From Pristiophorus japonicus (lineage: Eukaryota), in assembly GCF_044704955.1 (NCBI RefSeq), contig NC_091995.1, positions 40,238,001 to 40,302,000 of the forward strand: a stretch of 64,000 nt of DNA, given 5' to 3'. Position numbers and translations under genes: made by a program. Numbering within the stretch: the stretch's first letter is position 1; every line of letters starts with the position of its first letter. A model generated the notes under the pieces. The model was not told where the DNA came from and searched no databases. It saw only the letters and a program-made list of their open reading frames with translations. Below, piece by piece: positions 63,151 through 64,000 of this stretch.

Positions 63151-64000
63151 TTTGTGTGTGTGTGCGCAGTTAGTTCACTAATTTAATTTTAGTTCTTCAA
63201 AAACTAGAATGAATCGCTTGATAGTTCTCGCTAAGTGCACTTCCAGATGTGCTACTGAGCCACACCGGTCATGAGGATCTCAGCAACTTTCCCCCTCCCC
63301 TCCACAATCTTCCCCCGTTCCGCTGTCTAAAACTCCCCGAACCAAATAGACTCTAATAGGGGGTCTAAGCACGTAAACCCAAACCGTTACCCTTTACCCT
63401 AATCTCAACCCTACAAGTCCCACGAGTTCAGGCCATTCGGGCCTACCTCAGGCTTCCTACCACATCGCCCATCGATAAACACCGGCGACCTCCGGCATCC
63501 CCCGGCGAGACCCACGAGTTCGGGCCATCCGGGCCTTCCGCAGGCTTCCCACCACCTCACCCATCGACGACCTCCGAAATTCCCCGGCGACCTCCGGAGG
63601 CGGTGCCCTCGACCTGGACCTGGCTATCGGGCCTCCACCCAACCCCCTCCAGCGATGATCAGAACACCTCCAGCAGCGGCGGATGGGCCTCTCCTCCACA
63701 AGAGTCTGGGCCTCCTCGACAACGACTAGACCTCCCGTGGCGACAGACGCCCTCCTCCTCAACGACGACTGGGTCCCCCTCTCCCACGTCGGCGACTGGC
63801 CTCCCCTCCTCCTTTAGCGACGACCGGGGCTCTCCTTCCCCACCGGCGACCTGGCCTCTTCTCATCCTCCAATACGTGGTGAGTTCCATGGCTGTGACCC
63901 CCCCTGCCCTCCCAATGCCTTTCCCCAACCAGGCCTCTAGGTTGCTAGCATGGTACTATAACCACTAATCTCCTGCACCCTTCTGTTGAGGGAACTCAGA

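Overview
Vertebrate genomic DNA, almost certainly from a cartilaginous fish (shark-type CR1/HER1 LINEs with (ACATAGAA)n-type tails, a Deu-domain SINE, RTE and L2 LINEs, Ty3/Gypsy LTR elements, terminal-inverted-repeat elements, several minisatellites). Most ORFs in the track are transposon debris or low-complexity artefacts. Within the repeats, on the minus strand, lies the 5' half of an apparently intact non-classical MHC class I heavy-chain gene. It has a CpG-rich promoter with an X1-X2-Y (SXY/enhanceosome) module at about 41394-41451 and a 52-nt signal-peptide exon (41234-41285, not in the ORF track). A ~34-kb transposon-filled intron 1 follows, then a 261-nt alpha1 exon (6999-7259) with an aromatic/hydrophobic groove helix, Q84 instead of R/Y84, and an extra Cys. 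The alpha2/alpha3 exons were not found and presumably lie left of the window. A second, divergent, frameshifted orphan alpha1 exon (42406-42665) sits about 1 kb upstream of the promoter. The shark class I lineage cannot be assigned without a database search. Repeat boundaries without stated TSDs are approximate.
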